64,000 bases of DNA from NCBI GenBank assembly GCA_001179505.1, contig CDMY01000418.1, positions 1 to 64,000 of the forward strand, in the 5' to 3' direction. Shown here one piece after another: positions 12,420-24,315 of this stretch. Each line of letters opens with the position of its first letter. Positions within the stretch are counted from its first letter, which is position 1. The notes beneath the pieces are model-generated. The model was not told where the DNA came from. It searched no databases and was given only the letters and a program-made list of their open reading frames with translations. Origin of the DNA: Vitrella brassicaformis CCMP3155. Taxonomy: Eukaryota > Protista > Chromerida. A program made the translations under genes and the position numbers.

Positions 12420-13031
12420 ATGGACGTCGACCAGCCCGCCCAGCAGCAGCAGCAACAGCCACAGCCAGAGCCACAGCCACAGCCACAGCAGCCACAGCAG
12501 CCACAGCTCCCTCGCCTCCGCCCACGCCCAAACCTCAAGACATACAAGGACGGGCGGGCCATCTGCCGAGAATTCTCTGCAATTGACCCAGTCGAGCAGC
12601 CTGCAGTCAAGCGTGGCCGCAAGAAATCATACGGGCGCCATTCTGTGGGCAGCATGGCCTTCCTGATGGCTGCTGGGCTGCTGGGCGAGGGCTGGGATGC
12701 TGCGCTGGGGCATGCGGAGGGGACGGAGGGCTGGCAGCTGCTTAGCGAGATGTTTGGTGTTATTGTCTCGCTGGAGAAGAACATCTTTACCTTCCTGGGC
12801 AAGCACAAGCCGCCTCAGACCACGGTCACCGTCACACGCCCTTTCAGCGGCCATGAGGGCATTGTCCGGGAGGGCCGCTGGGCGCGTGTGGGCGGTATTG
12901 CGACGCGCCGGGAGGCCGTCGAGGGAGTGGACTGGCTCCACCGGCTCACCCAGCCCGCAGATGCAGCACCGGAGCCGGCTGCGCCAGAGCCACGCGTCGA
13001 CAGATACTTCAACCCCTCACGGATGACTTGA
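12420..13031 (+). CDS. Hypothetical protein with a Q/P-rich N-terminus
   Basis: 203-aa ATG ORF with a QPQP tract followed by a complex region. No family recognised. Confidence 0.35.
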   Translation: MDVDQPAQQQQQQPQPEPQPQPQQPQQPQLPRLRPRPNLKTYKDGRAICREFSAIDPVEQPAVKRGRKKSYGRHSVGSMAFLMAAGLLGEGWDAALGHAEGTEGWQLLSEMFGVIVSLEKNIFTFLGKHKPPQTTVTVTRPFSGHEGIVREGRWARVGGIATRREAVEGVDWLHRLTQPADAAPEPAAPEPRVDRYFNPSRMT

Positions 13032-13337
13032 TGTCCGCCGCTCCCCTCGCACTCGCCCAGCCACTCGCTGCTCCCGACCCGCCAGTTCCCGCGGCGGCTG
13101 GTGACGATGTGCATGCGGACGATGCACCGCTTGACGAAACAGCAAGTGCTGCTGACCACAGGGCGCCGCGGAGGTGCAGGGGTTCTATGTGGGTCAGCTG
13201 GGGATGGTGAATGACCCTGCCATGATGGCCGTGGTGATGGAGAACTTGTGATTCACTGCGTGATCGATGAGTGCTTCATTGCTTGACATTATATTGGACT
13301 GACTGAGCAAGACTGGACACATCAGTCACTCAGCCGG

Positions 13338-14330
13338 ATGCACATTCAAGCGGTGGCTGCACGCGAGAAGGACCTACCTGCACCAAGACAATTTAAGCCA
13401 GGAGACAGAGTGCGAATATTCAGCGACGATGTGCCTAAGGGCCTCAGCAAAAAGCTCATATCACCATGGCGAATGGTAAGCATCATCGAAGAGAAAACGG
13501 GCCCAGTGACCTACAAAGTCCGACCCTGCACACAAAGGACCAAGAACATTAACGTTGATCGACTGAAAGCGGCACCACCACCGATGGCGGAATACATACC
13601 AGAAAGCCACTTGAGGAGAGACAGGAGGCAAACCGTCCTCAACCAAGATGCATTTCTGACTCCAGATCTGGAGGGTCAGCTCGCTGAATTCGCAGTCGGG
13701 CCAGACAATGTGCCATCGGCAAAGAGAGACACTCACGCGGACGACATCCCTGCAGAACAGACAAAGGAAAGACTTTCCTTCAATCCAGTTGAGCCTGACC
13801 CCAGCCTCATGGACACCGAGCCTGACCCTCGCTTTAATAAAGCCGTTTACCAGGAAGTGGAAGCCAAGAGACGTCACCAGGGCAGGGTGCAATACAAACG
13901 CAAATGGCGCTGATGGCCGCTCAGTTACGCGACGTGGGAGTACGAAGAGGACCTCAATTGCCCTGAGAGGGTCCAAGAGTTTGAAAACCGAGAGCAAGAT
14001 ACCGACCTTGATCCTCGAGACGTGCTGTTCCCGTCAGTTGACGAAGCAGTAAGGCTGAGACATTGCCTGGAGCTCAATCGCGAGCATGTGGTCAGAATCG
14101 ATCGCCTTAATGCGAACGGCATCAAATTCACATATCTCAGCGAACCTACGAGACCGAAGAAGTCAAAGAAGGAGATTCTCATCGGGAAGTCGACCTTGTG
14201 CTCTCTTCGTGAGTTCTTGAAGAACTATCAGTGGGAAAAGGAGAGGGATGAGCGCGATATGGGGCCCGCCACACGCGACGGAGCGAACAACAGTCAACCA
14301 GGGCTGAACGTACTACAGAAACGGGAGAGT
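13338..14330 (+). mobile_element. Ty3/gypsy chromovirus pol 3' remnant (integrase GPY/F region plus chromodomain)
   Basis: FKPGDRVRI..KGLSKKLISPW..GPVTYKV..NVDRLK, then EVEAKRRHQGRVQYKRKWR*WPLSYATWEYEEDLNCPERVQEFE with an in-frame TGA at 13911-13913. The same frame continues as ORF 14022-14465. Confidence 0.85.
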
Positions 14331-14655
14331 GGCATCTCCTCTCTCGTCACTGAATGCACACAGAAACAGCAAGCGACACCGTGTGCGACTTTTCAAAGGG
14401 ATGTCTTCTTTGGTCAAGATATTCGTGTTTTCGTGTGGGCGAGGGGTGCATGTGCATGTGTGTGACTGAGTGTGAATGAATGTGGGCGTGCGTACGTGTT
14501 ACATGATGATTTTGAAGCCTCCGAGTCGGGCGAAGCCCCAGCAATTTGCTGTTCACAAGAATGCCGGTCGGCGGCTGCAATTTGCCGTCGTCACCTGCAT
14601 TCTTTCCATCACTCGAGTGCCAACAATGACATTGTGTGTTACGTTGAATCATCAC

Positions 14656-15106
14656 AATAGGCGCGACTTGCGCTCCAAAGCTGGCCCTGTGGTCCGAAGG
14701 CTAGCATGTCTGCCCATGGGGCCAGCCCTGCAGGTAGATGTCCAGCCCTGTACTCACAAGGCCAGCCCTGCAACCAGAAGGCCAGCAGCCCTGCAACCAG
14801 AAGGCCAGCCCTACAACCACAGGGCCAGCCCGCAGTCACACGGCTGGTCTCTGCGGGACGAGTGAAGTGCTTCTGGAGCGTTTTGACTCACTGCAGGGCT
14901 GGCCCTACGGCTGCAGGGCTGGCTTTGTGGTTATAGGGCTGGCCCTGTGTGCAGGGCTGGCCCTGTGGTTGTAGGGCTGGCCTTCTGGTTGCAGGGCTGG
15001 CCTTGTGAGTACAGGGCTGGACATCTACCTGCAGGGCTGGCCCCATGGGCAGACATGCTAGCCTTCGGACCACAGGGCCAGCTTTGGAGCGCAAGTCGCG
15101 CTTATT
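14656..15106. mobile_element. Foldback-type element (long, internally repetitive inverted arms)
   Basis: 14661-14788 is a perfect ~128-bp reverse complement of ~14974-15101. Arms are built of cagggctggc subrepeats around a ~55-bp spacer. Confidence 0.85.
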
Positions 15107-15116
15107 TCATCATCAT

Positions 15117-16500
15117 CGGAGTCGTCGTTTGACGCGAGCTTTGGCGAGCTTTTACAAATCTCCCGTGGAAAGGATTCCATCCATTGCCACACGGTTCTCC
15201 GCACGCCAGCAGCACACAGCAGACCCCCACACCTCAGGGGCGTCCAGGACGAGCGAAAAAAACTGTGAAAACAGCACCAGAAGCGGGGAACACACCATCA
15301 AGACAAACAGAGAGGGAACCAAAGCGACACTCCAGAAGGCACGCAGGAGGCCACACACCGGCGAACAAAACCCATAGAGCACGCTTGGCGCAAGAAGGGC
15401 AAAAGAAACGGCGAAAAACGCACGCAGAAAACACTGCCATTCGTCTGCCCCTCAAAGCGCACAAAAAAAGTTGCTTTGAGCACCCAATGCCGTCTCAGTA
15501 GCCAAACAAACAGCTTTGCAGGCGGAGGCCGAAAGCAACGGGGAGAAAGGGCACTACGAAGCCGTCTCCTCGACTTCTCCCGCCCTCTCGATGGGCCTCG
15601 CCGCGAATGCGGCTCGACGAACGGTTACGAGGGGGGAGGGGCCCCCGAGTAATGGGAGGCGATCGGGAAGGGACACCAGGCAAAATGTCGCACCAAAGTC
15701 GATTATAAACACTAAACCAGTGATCGCGATTGGCCACGGGCTGAGGTTTAGGGTAGATCGTGAAAGGGAGAATGCAAGAGCCACAACGATTTGACTGTAT
15801 TTTGCAAGGATCCGGGAAGAGCGGATGAAGAGGACTCAGTCATTAGCGGTAGGACTTGTCCAGAAGCCGAGAATCGACTGTTTTTGATGGGTGATTGCAG
15901 TCAATGCACATCGTGTGAAGTCAGATGTTCGTGCGGACCATGCAATGTCGCCCCCTCCCCCCGTTCAAGGGGGAGGGGACTTCAAAAGACAAGCTTCAAT
16001 GGATCAATGTTCATAGGTAGGAGACAATATGGCAGTGGCACTGGCACAAATATATTCTGCAGTTGGAAAGCCGTTTGATGACTCGTTGTGCTGGGGGGAG
16101 GGGAAGACAGACAAACTGGGACCTTGCACGCACGAGTAATGCCAGAAAGCATGAATTCACCTCATGCTTACTCCTCGATAGTGATCTCAGACTGGCGTCT
16201 CTCCACTACATTCCTTCACATCGTTGCAGGTCTCTCTGCTTTTGTGTCGTCTCTCCACAACATCGTCTCTCCACTACACATACAGGCTAGTGACCATTAC
16301 ACGGACCACTAGAGGGAGTCGTCGTCGTTTGACGCGAGCTTTGGCGAGATTTTGCATCCACTGCCCTGTAGCCCTCCGCGCTCTCCCAGTTCCAAGAGGC
16401 AAATGGCCGTATAGGGGCCCCATTTTTCCCAGATTTTCCCGCCAGGCCGTTCGGTTTCCGTTCATTGCTCCGCCGTCCTCCGACTCCCTCCATTGATGCA
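15117..16500 (+). repeat. Modular dispersed repeat family; other parts at 21196-21391, 22619-22990 plus 24315-24690, and 27050-27180
   Basis: Shared blocks gacgcgagctttggcgag, acctcagggg(c)gtccagga, gacaaacagagagggaaccaaa, gagcacccaatgccgtctcag and ttccaagaggcaaatggccg. Confidence 0.8.
15587..16179 (+). mobile_element. ~590-bp TIR-less insertion bounded by ctcgat direct repeats
   Basis: Absent from the homologous repeat at ~24550 (ccctctccatagtgat). Near-identical inverted copy at 34269-35196 and an end fragment at ~40530-40610. Confidence 0.7.
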
Positions 16501-16942
16501 CTGATTCGCTATCGACTGGGTCACCTGTCGGTCGTAGATGTGGGATTCCTACGGCTCAATGTACAGTCAGGCCATCGTAAGGCGTACTAGCCGAGCGATG
16601 CCTTGTGTGATCATGACTGTCTGAAATTCTAGACCCCGGCAAGGCCGGGGGATGCACACGACAGCCCTTGTCCGTTTTTCCTTAGTGGAGAACACGTGCG
16701 TGAAATCCATCTAATGAGGGGTATGACGGGCATGTGCAACTGCAGTGCCTGCCATGTACGTGTAAACTGCGTGTCTGTGAGCAGACTGGGATGGGCGACG
16801 TCGAGACACGTTTTGGTTGACGGTGTGGCGATGTCGATGTGGCACTGCGTCGCGGTTGGCTTGGTTGCAGTTGAAACGTTTGCAACCGCCAGTTTAACGT
16901 CGTTCGATTCGGACGATGACCTGAAAGCAGTGTTGCGTCGAT

Positions 16943-17600
16943 GTGCCGTCGTTTATCTTCCTTGTTCTTGACTCGGGTCGGTTAGGCTGTATGCGAGTGG
17001 TTGCGCTGTCAGTAGCCATCATGGCCTCGTTCTTGGCCAACTTTCTGAGGGGCGAAACCACGACTCGCACGGGGGGCTCTGGCAGCAACTCCTGGGAGGT
17101 CGGGGCACCCTGCTCACGGTGCGGCGCCGAGAGTCATGGTGAAGACGTGTGCTTTACCAAGGGTATCGAGCTTCAAGACTGGAGGCCGTCCCAGCGGGGC
17201 CGGCGCGTACACGAAGCACGGAGGCGAGATCCAGCCTGTGAACACGAGGCTCCACGAAGTGTAAGCATATGTATTCCGGGGAGGCAAGAGCACGAATCGA
17301 GCGGTATGTCCAAAGTTTTTGATGTGCAACAGGCAAACCCTGTTGCCTGACTCGGTTGTGAAGCACATCCAGAAGTGTCCCAACGTGTGCTGCCCCGAGT
17401 GGGCAGGTCGTGGTCATGTGCAGCCAGTTGAACGAGGAGGCGATCATCACGCTCGGCCCGGAGGCAGGAGCCATGACGACGGGGGGGCACCACTGCTACA
17501 TCGATCTCCAGCGAGCCAGGACGATTCTCAACAAGTGCGAGAGGGCATATCTCGACGGCGCCACATTTATCGCTGGGCAAGATGTTTGTGTAATCAGGTG
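16943..17600 (+). pseudogene. Fragmentary ORFs with a CCHC zinc knuckle (gag-like or host)
   Basis: CSRCGAESHGEDVC (CX2CX4HX4C) at 17111-17152. Flanking frames are broken. Confidence 0.35.
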
Positions 17601-20600
17601 AGTCACTGACAGTCTCCAAAGGGTGGACGCACTCAGGTGAGTCACTGAGAGTCTCCAAGGGGTGAATGCACTCACGGGGAGGTGCAGAAAATTTTTGGCC
17701 CATCGCCTCTCACATGAACCACAAGGACAGGGAGCAGAAAAACTGGATAGCGAGAGAATGAGCCCGCCTTGCAAACTCCCTCGCGCTAATGCACGACATT
17801 CCGAAACAACAANNNNNNNNNNNNNNNNNNNNNNNNNNNNNNNNNNNNNNNNNNNNNNNNNNNNNNNNNNNNNNNNNNNNNNNNNNNNNNNNNNNNNNNN
17901 NNNNNNNNNNNNNNNNNNNNNNNNNNNNNNNNNNNNNNNNNNNNNNNNNNNNNNNNNNNNNNNNNNNNNNNNNNNNNNNNNNNNNNNNNNNNNNNNNNNN
18001 NNNNNNNNNNNNNNNNNNNNNNNNNNNNNNNNNNNNNNNNNNNNNNNNNNNNNNNNNNNNNNNNNNNNNNNNNNNNNNNNNNNNNNNNNNNNNNNNNNNN
18101 NNNNNNNNNNNNGACCTAAACGGAGCAGAGAATGTAAGGAAAGGGTATATGGATGCTGTAATCAGAGCTCGGATTACTTCGATGCACGGAAAGGAGACAC
18201 GCTCCTCTAAAACTCGGGAACGGTTTTCGAAGCTGAGGCAGTGTCAGGCCTGAGAAGGACCCTCCATGTTCGATCATCAGAGTGTCGGCTTTCCGTCAAA
18301 CCTCTACATTCTCTCCTTGTTGGGTCTTTGTTTAGCATATAGGACTTTACACAAGTGAGCAGAGCATCTTTTTCCCTCTCTGACAAACCCCAATCATCGC
18401 AACAAGCCGTCTCTCAGAGTGTCTCAGACGACTCTTTAGTATTTTTTGGTTGGTCACACCATGTGGTCTACTGACAGAACTGAAATCGTGGTTATTGTAG
18501 AAGAGCTTGGCACTTGACAACGACACATAAAGAAAAGCTCACAGAACACTGTGCACCTTTCGGCTTTTACACGGGCCTGGCCGGGGGTGGCGCTCAACGG
18601 AGGGCGAGCTGAAGCACATGCGTGGCTGCAAAAGAACAGAGCGGGGTGCGAAAGCATGCTTAACGGGATCAATTCGTTATCACCTGAAAGTTGAAACGGA
18701 CTTTTTCAGACTTCAGCGTGCACTCCTGTGATCGCTCTGCTCCTCTTTAAAGGTCTCACTCATCAGTGTGATGATAGTGATTCTGCAATATTAATGGGAC
18801 GTGCCGCCTGATAAGGCATGAACGAACGAATCACTCTGTCATTCTCTCGAGTCACACGATTGTGTGCTTGCTTGTCAATCAACAATCAATGATGGATCTC
18901 GCCTCTCACATGAACCACAGGGACACGGAGCAGAAAAACTGGATGGCGAGAGAATGAGCCCGCCTTGCAAACTCCCTCGCGCTAATGCACGACATTCCGA
19001 AACAACAATGCAGCTACCGTTGGGTGGCGGTTGAAATTTGAAAAAGCTTTTTGACAGCGTCGTAGCTCTGGCCGCTTGCGTGTGAACTCAGCACAGCAAG
19101 ATATACACACTTATATTGGGTTCGGTCCACAAGTGCTGTCAGCTTTCACACATGGGTCTCTGTCTCAAACGGCGCAAAGCAGCGTGCAGACACAGACTGC
19201 AAAACGTAGAGTACATGTGCTTGGCATGGCATTAATGAAAGAGAGTGTGCAATGAACTGGGGTCGGTACATACAACCAAGTTCCGTGTAACCGACACCCG
19301 TCTTCCCATTTTTTCACACAATGATACGGTCATGAGCAGTGGCCGCGTACGTGTGAATACAGCATAGAAGGTTGTTTCATGCATTAACACAATCGTGCTG
19401 GTTTAGGTCCACAGCTGTGCCCACGTTCGGTGCCTACTTCCCTTTCTCAAGACGGCGCAGGGCGATGACCGCTGACGTTCACACACAGCATGACGGAATG
19501 TATCAGACATACACGCTTTTGCATCGAATGAGTGAGAGTCCCGAAACAAATCGCCGAATTCCGTGTAACCGACACCAGTGCGCTTGCCGCCTTTTACCCG
19601 AACGACAGGGCGCAATTGCGACTAGAACCAGAGTCGTCTCTGGCAGCGTCCGTGCGCATATATTTCATCAACCAGATCGACCTTGAAGCGTTGCAAGGAG
19701 ATTGCGGTGGATCTAGCAGTGAGCAAGTTTTCAGCGGGTATGGTCTCCTTTGCAACACGAAAAGCGACGGCCGCTTGCGTACGGAGAGACCGTAAAGCAG
19801 TTGTGCCGTGAACGATGCATTGTGTGACTGATGGTTGATGACTGTGTAACCTTTCAGTGACTGGTTCTTCCTTGTTAACAGAACGAAAAGCGATGCGCGC
19901 TTCCGTGTGAACACAACGTAGCGAAATCTATCATACATTGACCCAATCGTGCTGATTTGGGTTGACGGCACCGTCAACTTTCGGTAGCTTGTTCTCGTGT
20001 TTCACAGAGCGCAGATCGACAGTCGCTTGCGTGAGGACGGAGCAGACAAAGGAGCACTCACACACAGACTTGCGCGGCGAACGCACCAGAAACCCGGGAG
20101 AAAACAGCCGAAAACCGATTGTCCGGGTTTTTGCCGCCGTTTTGAACGCGTGAACGGATTTGAGGCTCGAAGCAAACTCGTTCCTCGCAGTGACCCCCTC
20201 CACAGATATCCGAAGACAGATCTTGAAAAAACGTTCTAGAAAAAAAGTTGGTTTACCGACGTGACACTGGGGCTGTATAACCACCCTCCAGCTCAGCTTT
20301 CAGCTTAGAGCAAGATCCGTAAAACTGATCTGAGCTGTCGTGTGCAAGGACAGCGTGGGAAGCACAGGGGTAGCGTATTGAGATGGGAGGCCTCTTACGC
20401 TGCGGAAAGGTGGTCGCCCCGTGTTGCCCCGCCTCTGCTGGCGAGTTCACCGCTCGAGGAGTGGCCAGAGGGTGAGTCAGGGCATCCCTACTTACGCGGC
20501 CGACAGAGGTGGGTCTTACATCTTCGGCAGGCTTGCTTCTACGCAACGGAGCTTTCTAAGGGGAGGCTACTCACTCCCTACCGGCTCACCCACCTGCGAG

Positions 20601-22992
20601 CGGCCCTTCTCTGCTGACTCTTGTCTAGGCTCTGCGCCTTCTTCGGGTGAGGTCAACCGACTTCGTCCCTCTCCCGCCGTCGCTTCGCTTCTCTGTAAGC
20701 CTTCCCTTGCCACCCATTGGCCTGTGTGCATGCACTCGTCTATCATTTCCCCCTTTGTATCTTCCGAGTGAGGAAGTTATGTCATCCAAGTGGTGGTAGC
20801 CTCCATGACCGCCGCAAAACGTGCACATACGGAGGCCTCCGCAGCCCTCACCTAGGTACCCTCACCGGGTGTCAGCCAGGTGTCAACCGATACCTTCGTC
20901 TGCTTCCTGCATGGGCATCTATATTGATGCACAATGGCCAATCTCTGTCGCCTTTCGAAGTGAACCTCCCTGATGAGAAAGCAGTTGCAAATCAAGTGCC
21001 AAACCGATCCACTCAGGCCCGTTTCTGTGGTTCACATTATAGAGACACCGCTTGCAACACTCAAAGGGTCAACGAGGGAAAAAAAAACACCTCTTGATTC
21101 GAGTGCAAGCCACTCAGCCCTTCGCTTGTCTCACTTCCACTCTGCCAACCCTTCCTTCATGTCTCAGCATCTCACGCTTCCTGGCTCTGTGACCACCCTC
21201 CGCTCTCCCGGTTCCAAGAGGCAAATGGCCGTGTAGGGGCCCCATTTTCCCCAGATTTTCCCGTTAGGCCGTTCAGTTTCCGTCTATAGCTTCGCCATCC
21301 CGCGACTCCCTCCATTGATACACTAATTGCCCCTCCTCAGTCGGCCATGCCAGCTCATCGCCAGAGCGTCACAGGGACGAGGCATGTCGAGCTAAGCTGC
21401 ATTCACCTCCGCCTGCAATTGCACAGTGTGCAGGATCCAGCACCGAGCGTCGGGAACATCCCACGCGTGAAGCAACACGACCCCTGTCGCGATGCAGAAG
21501 TCCCCCAATCTCCCCTAAGGAATCGATGATCAGCTATGACATGGTGGAAGGGATCGGCGTCAGATAGTGAGAGACATCAGTGGCTGTCACCCTGGCCACC
21601 TTTACCTTCGTCAAGGATGGCTGCTTCCGTGGCTGGTCTCCATTCGTTTCACGAGAAGGACTCAGGCATCATGATGTAAGCCGCTTCAGAGTCTATTCAA
21701 GGTTGTCTCGTCCATACGAACATGTAAGAATCTTCATCTTCATGTAGTTTGTCACTTCGTCAAGAGCGGCTCCTCCTCCACAAGGTTTCCACCTCTGTTG
21801 CTCCGTGACCTTCTCAACAGACCTTAGCAAAGTGGTCAGCTCCAGTAGCCATCCGTTTCCGTCAGCAGCAGCAGCATCTCCGAGAGCAGCCCCTGACTCT
21901 CTCTCGCTCTCACACACTCTCTCTCTATCACTCTCTCGTAGGACCGTCAGCGTATGACATATGTACCCCTGATACCCTCCATATCCTCCGTGGTTGAGCA
22001 CTTCGCCCGGCGTCAGGCTCGGCTCGTTGGTGGCATCCCTGGCAGACTTCGGCAGTGTCGACTAGCACATGGGCAGACTCCCTGTCAGATGGGCAAGCCC
22101 ATCAGACAGGTGAAGGGAAGGAGAGCCGTCCCGTGGGTGTCTAGTCGCTCATCATGGCGCCCTCGCCTGCGGTCTTCGGCCCCGTCTGGCCGGCTGGGAT
22201 GATCACGGTGAGCTGAGGTGTTGGATGGAGAGACACGGAGACGCCGCTCCGTGCAGTGGGCTTGCTGACGATGGTTGAGAGCACAAGTACCTCTGGGGGG
22301 GGACGGAAGGCTCAGATGCTTGAAATCGACGAAGACAAAAGATGGATGCGGATGGGTCGGAAAATGGATGACCAGATGAAGCAAATGAGGCAGGAATGGG
22401 CCCTTTCGATGAGAAAGTCCTCACTCGATGAGGACTTTCAGTGAGGACTTTCTCATCCGGGTGAGGATTTCCTCACTCATAATAGTTTCACGATGCGAGC
22501 TTGGCAACCGGACCTAACGCAACCATACCCTTTATATCTTTGGTCTAGGAAAAGGACTCATCGCTCTGCTTTTTCCTTTCAGAACTGTGAAAAACGAGGG
22601 CTACATGCCCACACGGTTCTCGACATGCCTCGTCCCTGTGACGCTCTGGCGATGAGCTGGCATGGCCGATTGAGGAGGGGCAATTAGTGTATCAATGGAG
22701 GGAGTCGCGGGATGGCGAAGCTGTAGACGGAAACTGAACGGCCTTACGGGAAAATCTGGGAAAAATGGGGCCCCTACACGGCCATTTGCCTCTTGGAACC
22801 AGGAGAGCGGAGGGCTACAAATGCATCCATTGCTCGAAGCCGGAGCCCTCACGGGTTAGAGAAAAGAGGCCATCACAGCAGACCCCCCCATCTCAGGGGC
22901 GTCCAGGAGGAGCGAAAAAAAACGGTGAAAACAGCACCAGAATCCGAGAACACACCAAGACAAACAGAGAGGGAACCAAAGGGACTCTGCAG

Positions 22993-24315
22993 CTTAATGG
23001 GGTATTCAAAAATAATTATTTGGGATGATCCTTTTTCATCAATTGATTCCAAAGATACTTCTCCTTCAGTAACGCCAGACTCTTCAATTGGAGAAGAAAC
23101 GGATTCTACTGAAATATCATTGGAACATCAAGACCTTGATCAAACAGAAGAATTTACAACATCACCGGATATCGAAACGGCAGAAAAATTTCCTTCTGCG
23201 AAAGACCTAGAGTATCCAGATTTAGAAAAAAAAAATCTGACACAGAAAACCTCGCCAAGAAATATCAGAACCTACTGCTGAACATGATATCAACCAAAGG
23301 AGTTGTGGGTTAAAAAACTTATTATTGGACTACTTGAACACAATCTATTTTTTTGAAAAGGCCCTGAAATTTCCTTTTATCGATGATGACTTCCCTTCTA
23401 ATGAGCAAATCAAGAATTTTAACTTGATTTTTCAGGAAAATTTTTCATTGAAAGAAATAGGAAATATAAATTCTCATAAAATAGGCAATATTGGTCGAGA
23501 AATTATCGATGTTTCTTCACCCATAGCATGCCATTCCTATTTATATGAAGATGAAATTGCCTTTGATGACATGGGTTTTGAAGAAAAAGTCAGATTAAGA
23601 AAAACCCAGGGTGTAAGTTCATTAGACATTGTTGAATACTTGCCCCATATAGAAATCATCAGTTTAAGAGATCATGCGATATCTGATTTAAGGCCAGGGG
23701 GTACGGTTGGCAGATCAAAGAGGTGGTATGTATTAGAAAAGAATGAGATTAGCTTTTCTTCAAGGATATGTTACGATCAATCAGAGAAACGGAAAAGCTA
23801 ACAGGAAGACCTTCCCCCTATCGCGATTATGATCGGCCAGGCTTTTGAGATTATCCATCAGGCAAGAGGAATGATGGATTGTTGTTGGTTTAATTTAAGT
23901 TGCTGAACCAGAATATATCTTGCAGCCTGAAAAATAAGGTTCAAAAACCGCTCGTAATTTTCTGATCCCAAAAAATTAGGGACAAAAAATTGGTTGTACC
24001 GGAATTGATAGAGACTCTTTCCATGGAGGAGGGTGCCCTCCCAGTCCGTTGGACATGTGAGGGGACCACAGAATATCGTTTTGAAGACTCCCAAATCCTG
24101 TTCATTTTGGGTCCAACATGTGAAGAATTTGGTTTTTACCCCTATTTGGATCAATCAGTTTTTTCAAACAAATTTTGTTGGGCCAAAATTTTTAAAGATA
24201 GGGTAGGAAATGGCCGGAAAAGAAGATCTAAAAAAAAGATAAAAAGTACGACTGCCATGAAATTGGTTTCAGGGGCTTTTATTGAAAAACCCGCTATGAA
24301 TAATATTCATGAAAG
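22993..24315 (+). other. AT-rich island with intronless broken ORFs, possibly organellar or viral DNA
   Basis: Spot counts give 23-33% GC in lines at 23341-23460, against GC-rich surroundings. ORF pieces at 22793-23281, 23325-23801 and 23990 onward. It interrupts a repeat that is contiguous at ~15320-15350. Confidence 0.6.

Noticed and set aside
17700-19010. ~115-bp direct repeat (17700-17812 and 18897-19010) as an LTR pair
   Set aside because: One copy ends at a gap, there are no TG..CA ends, PBS or PPT, and no coding domains lie between the copies.
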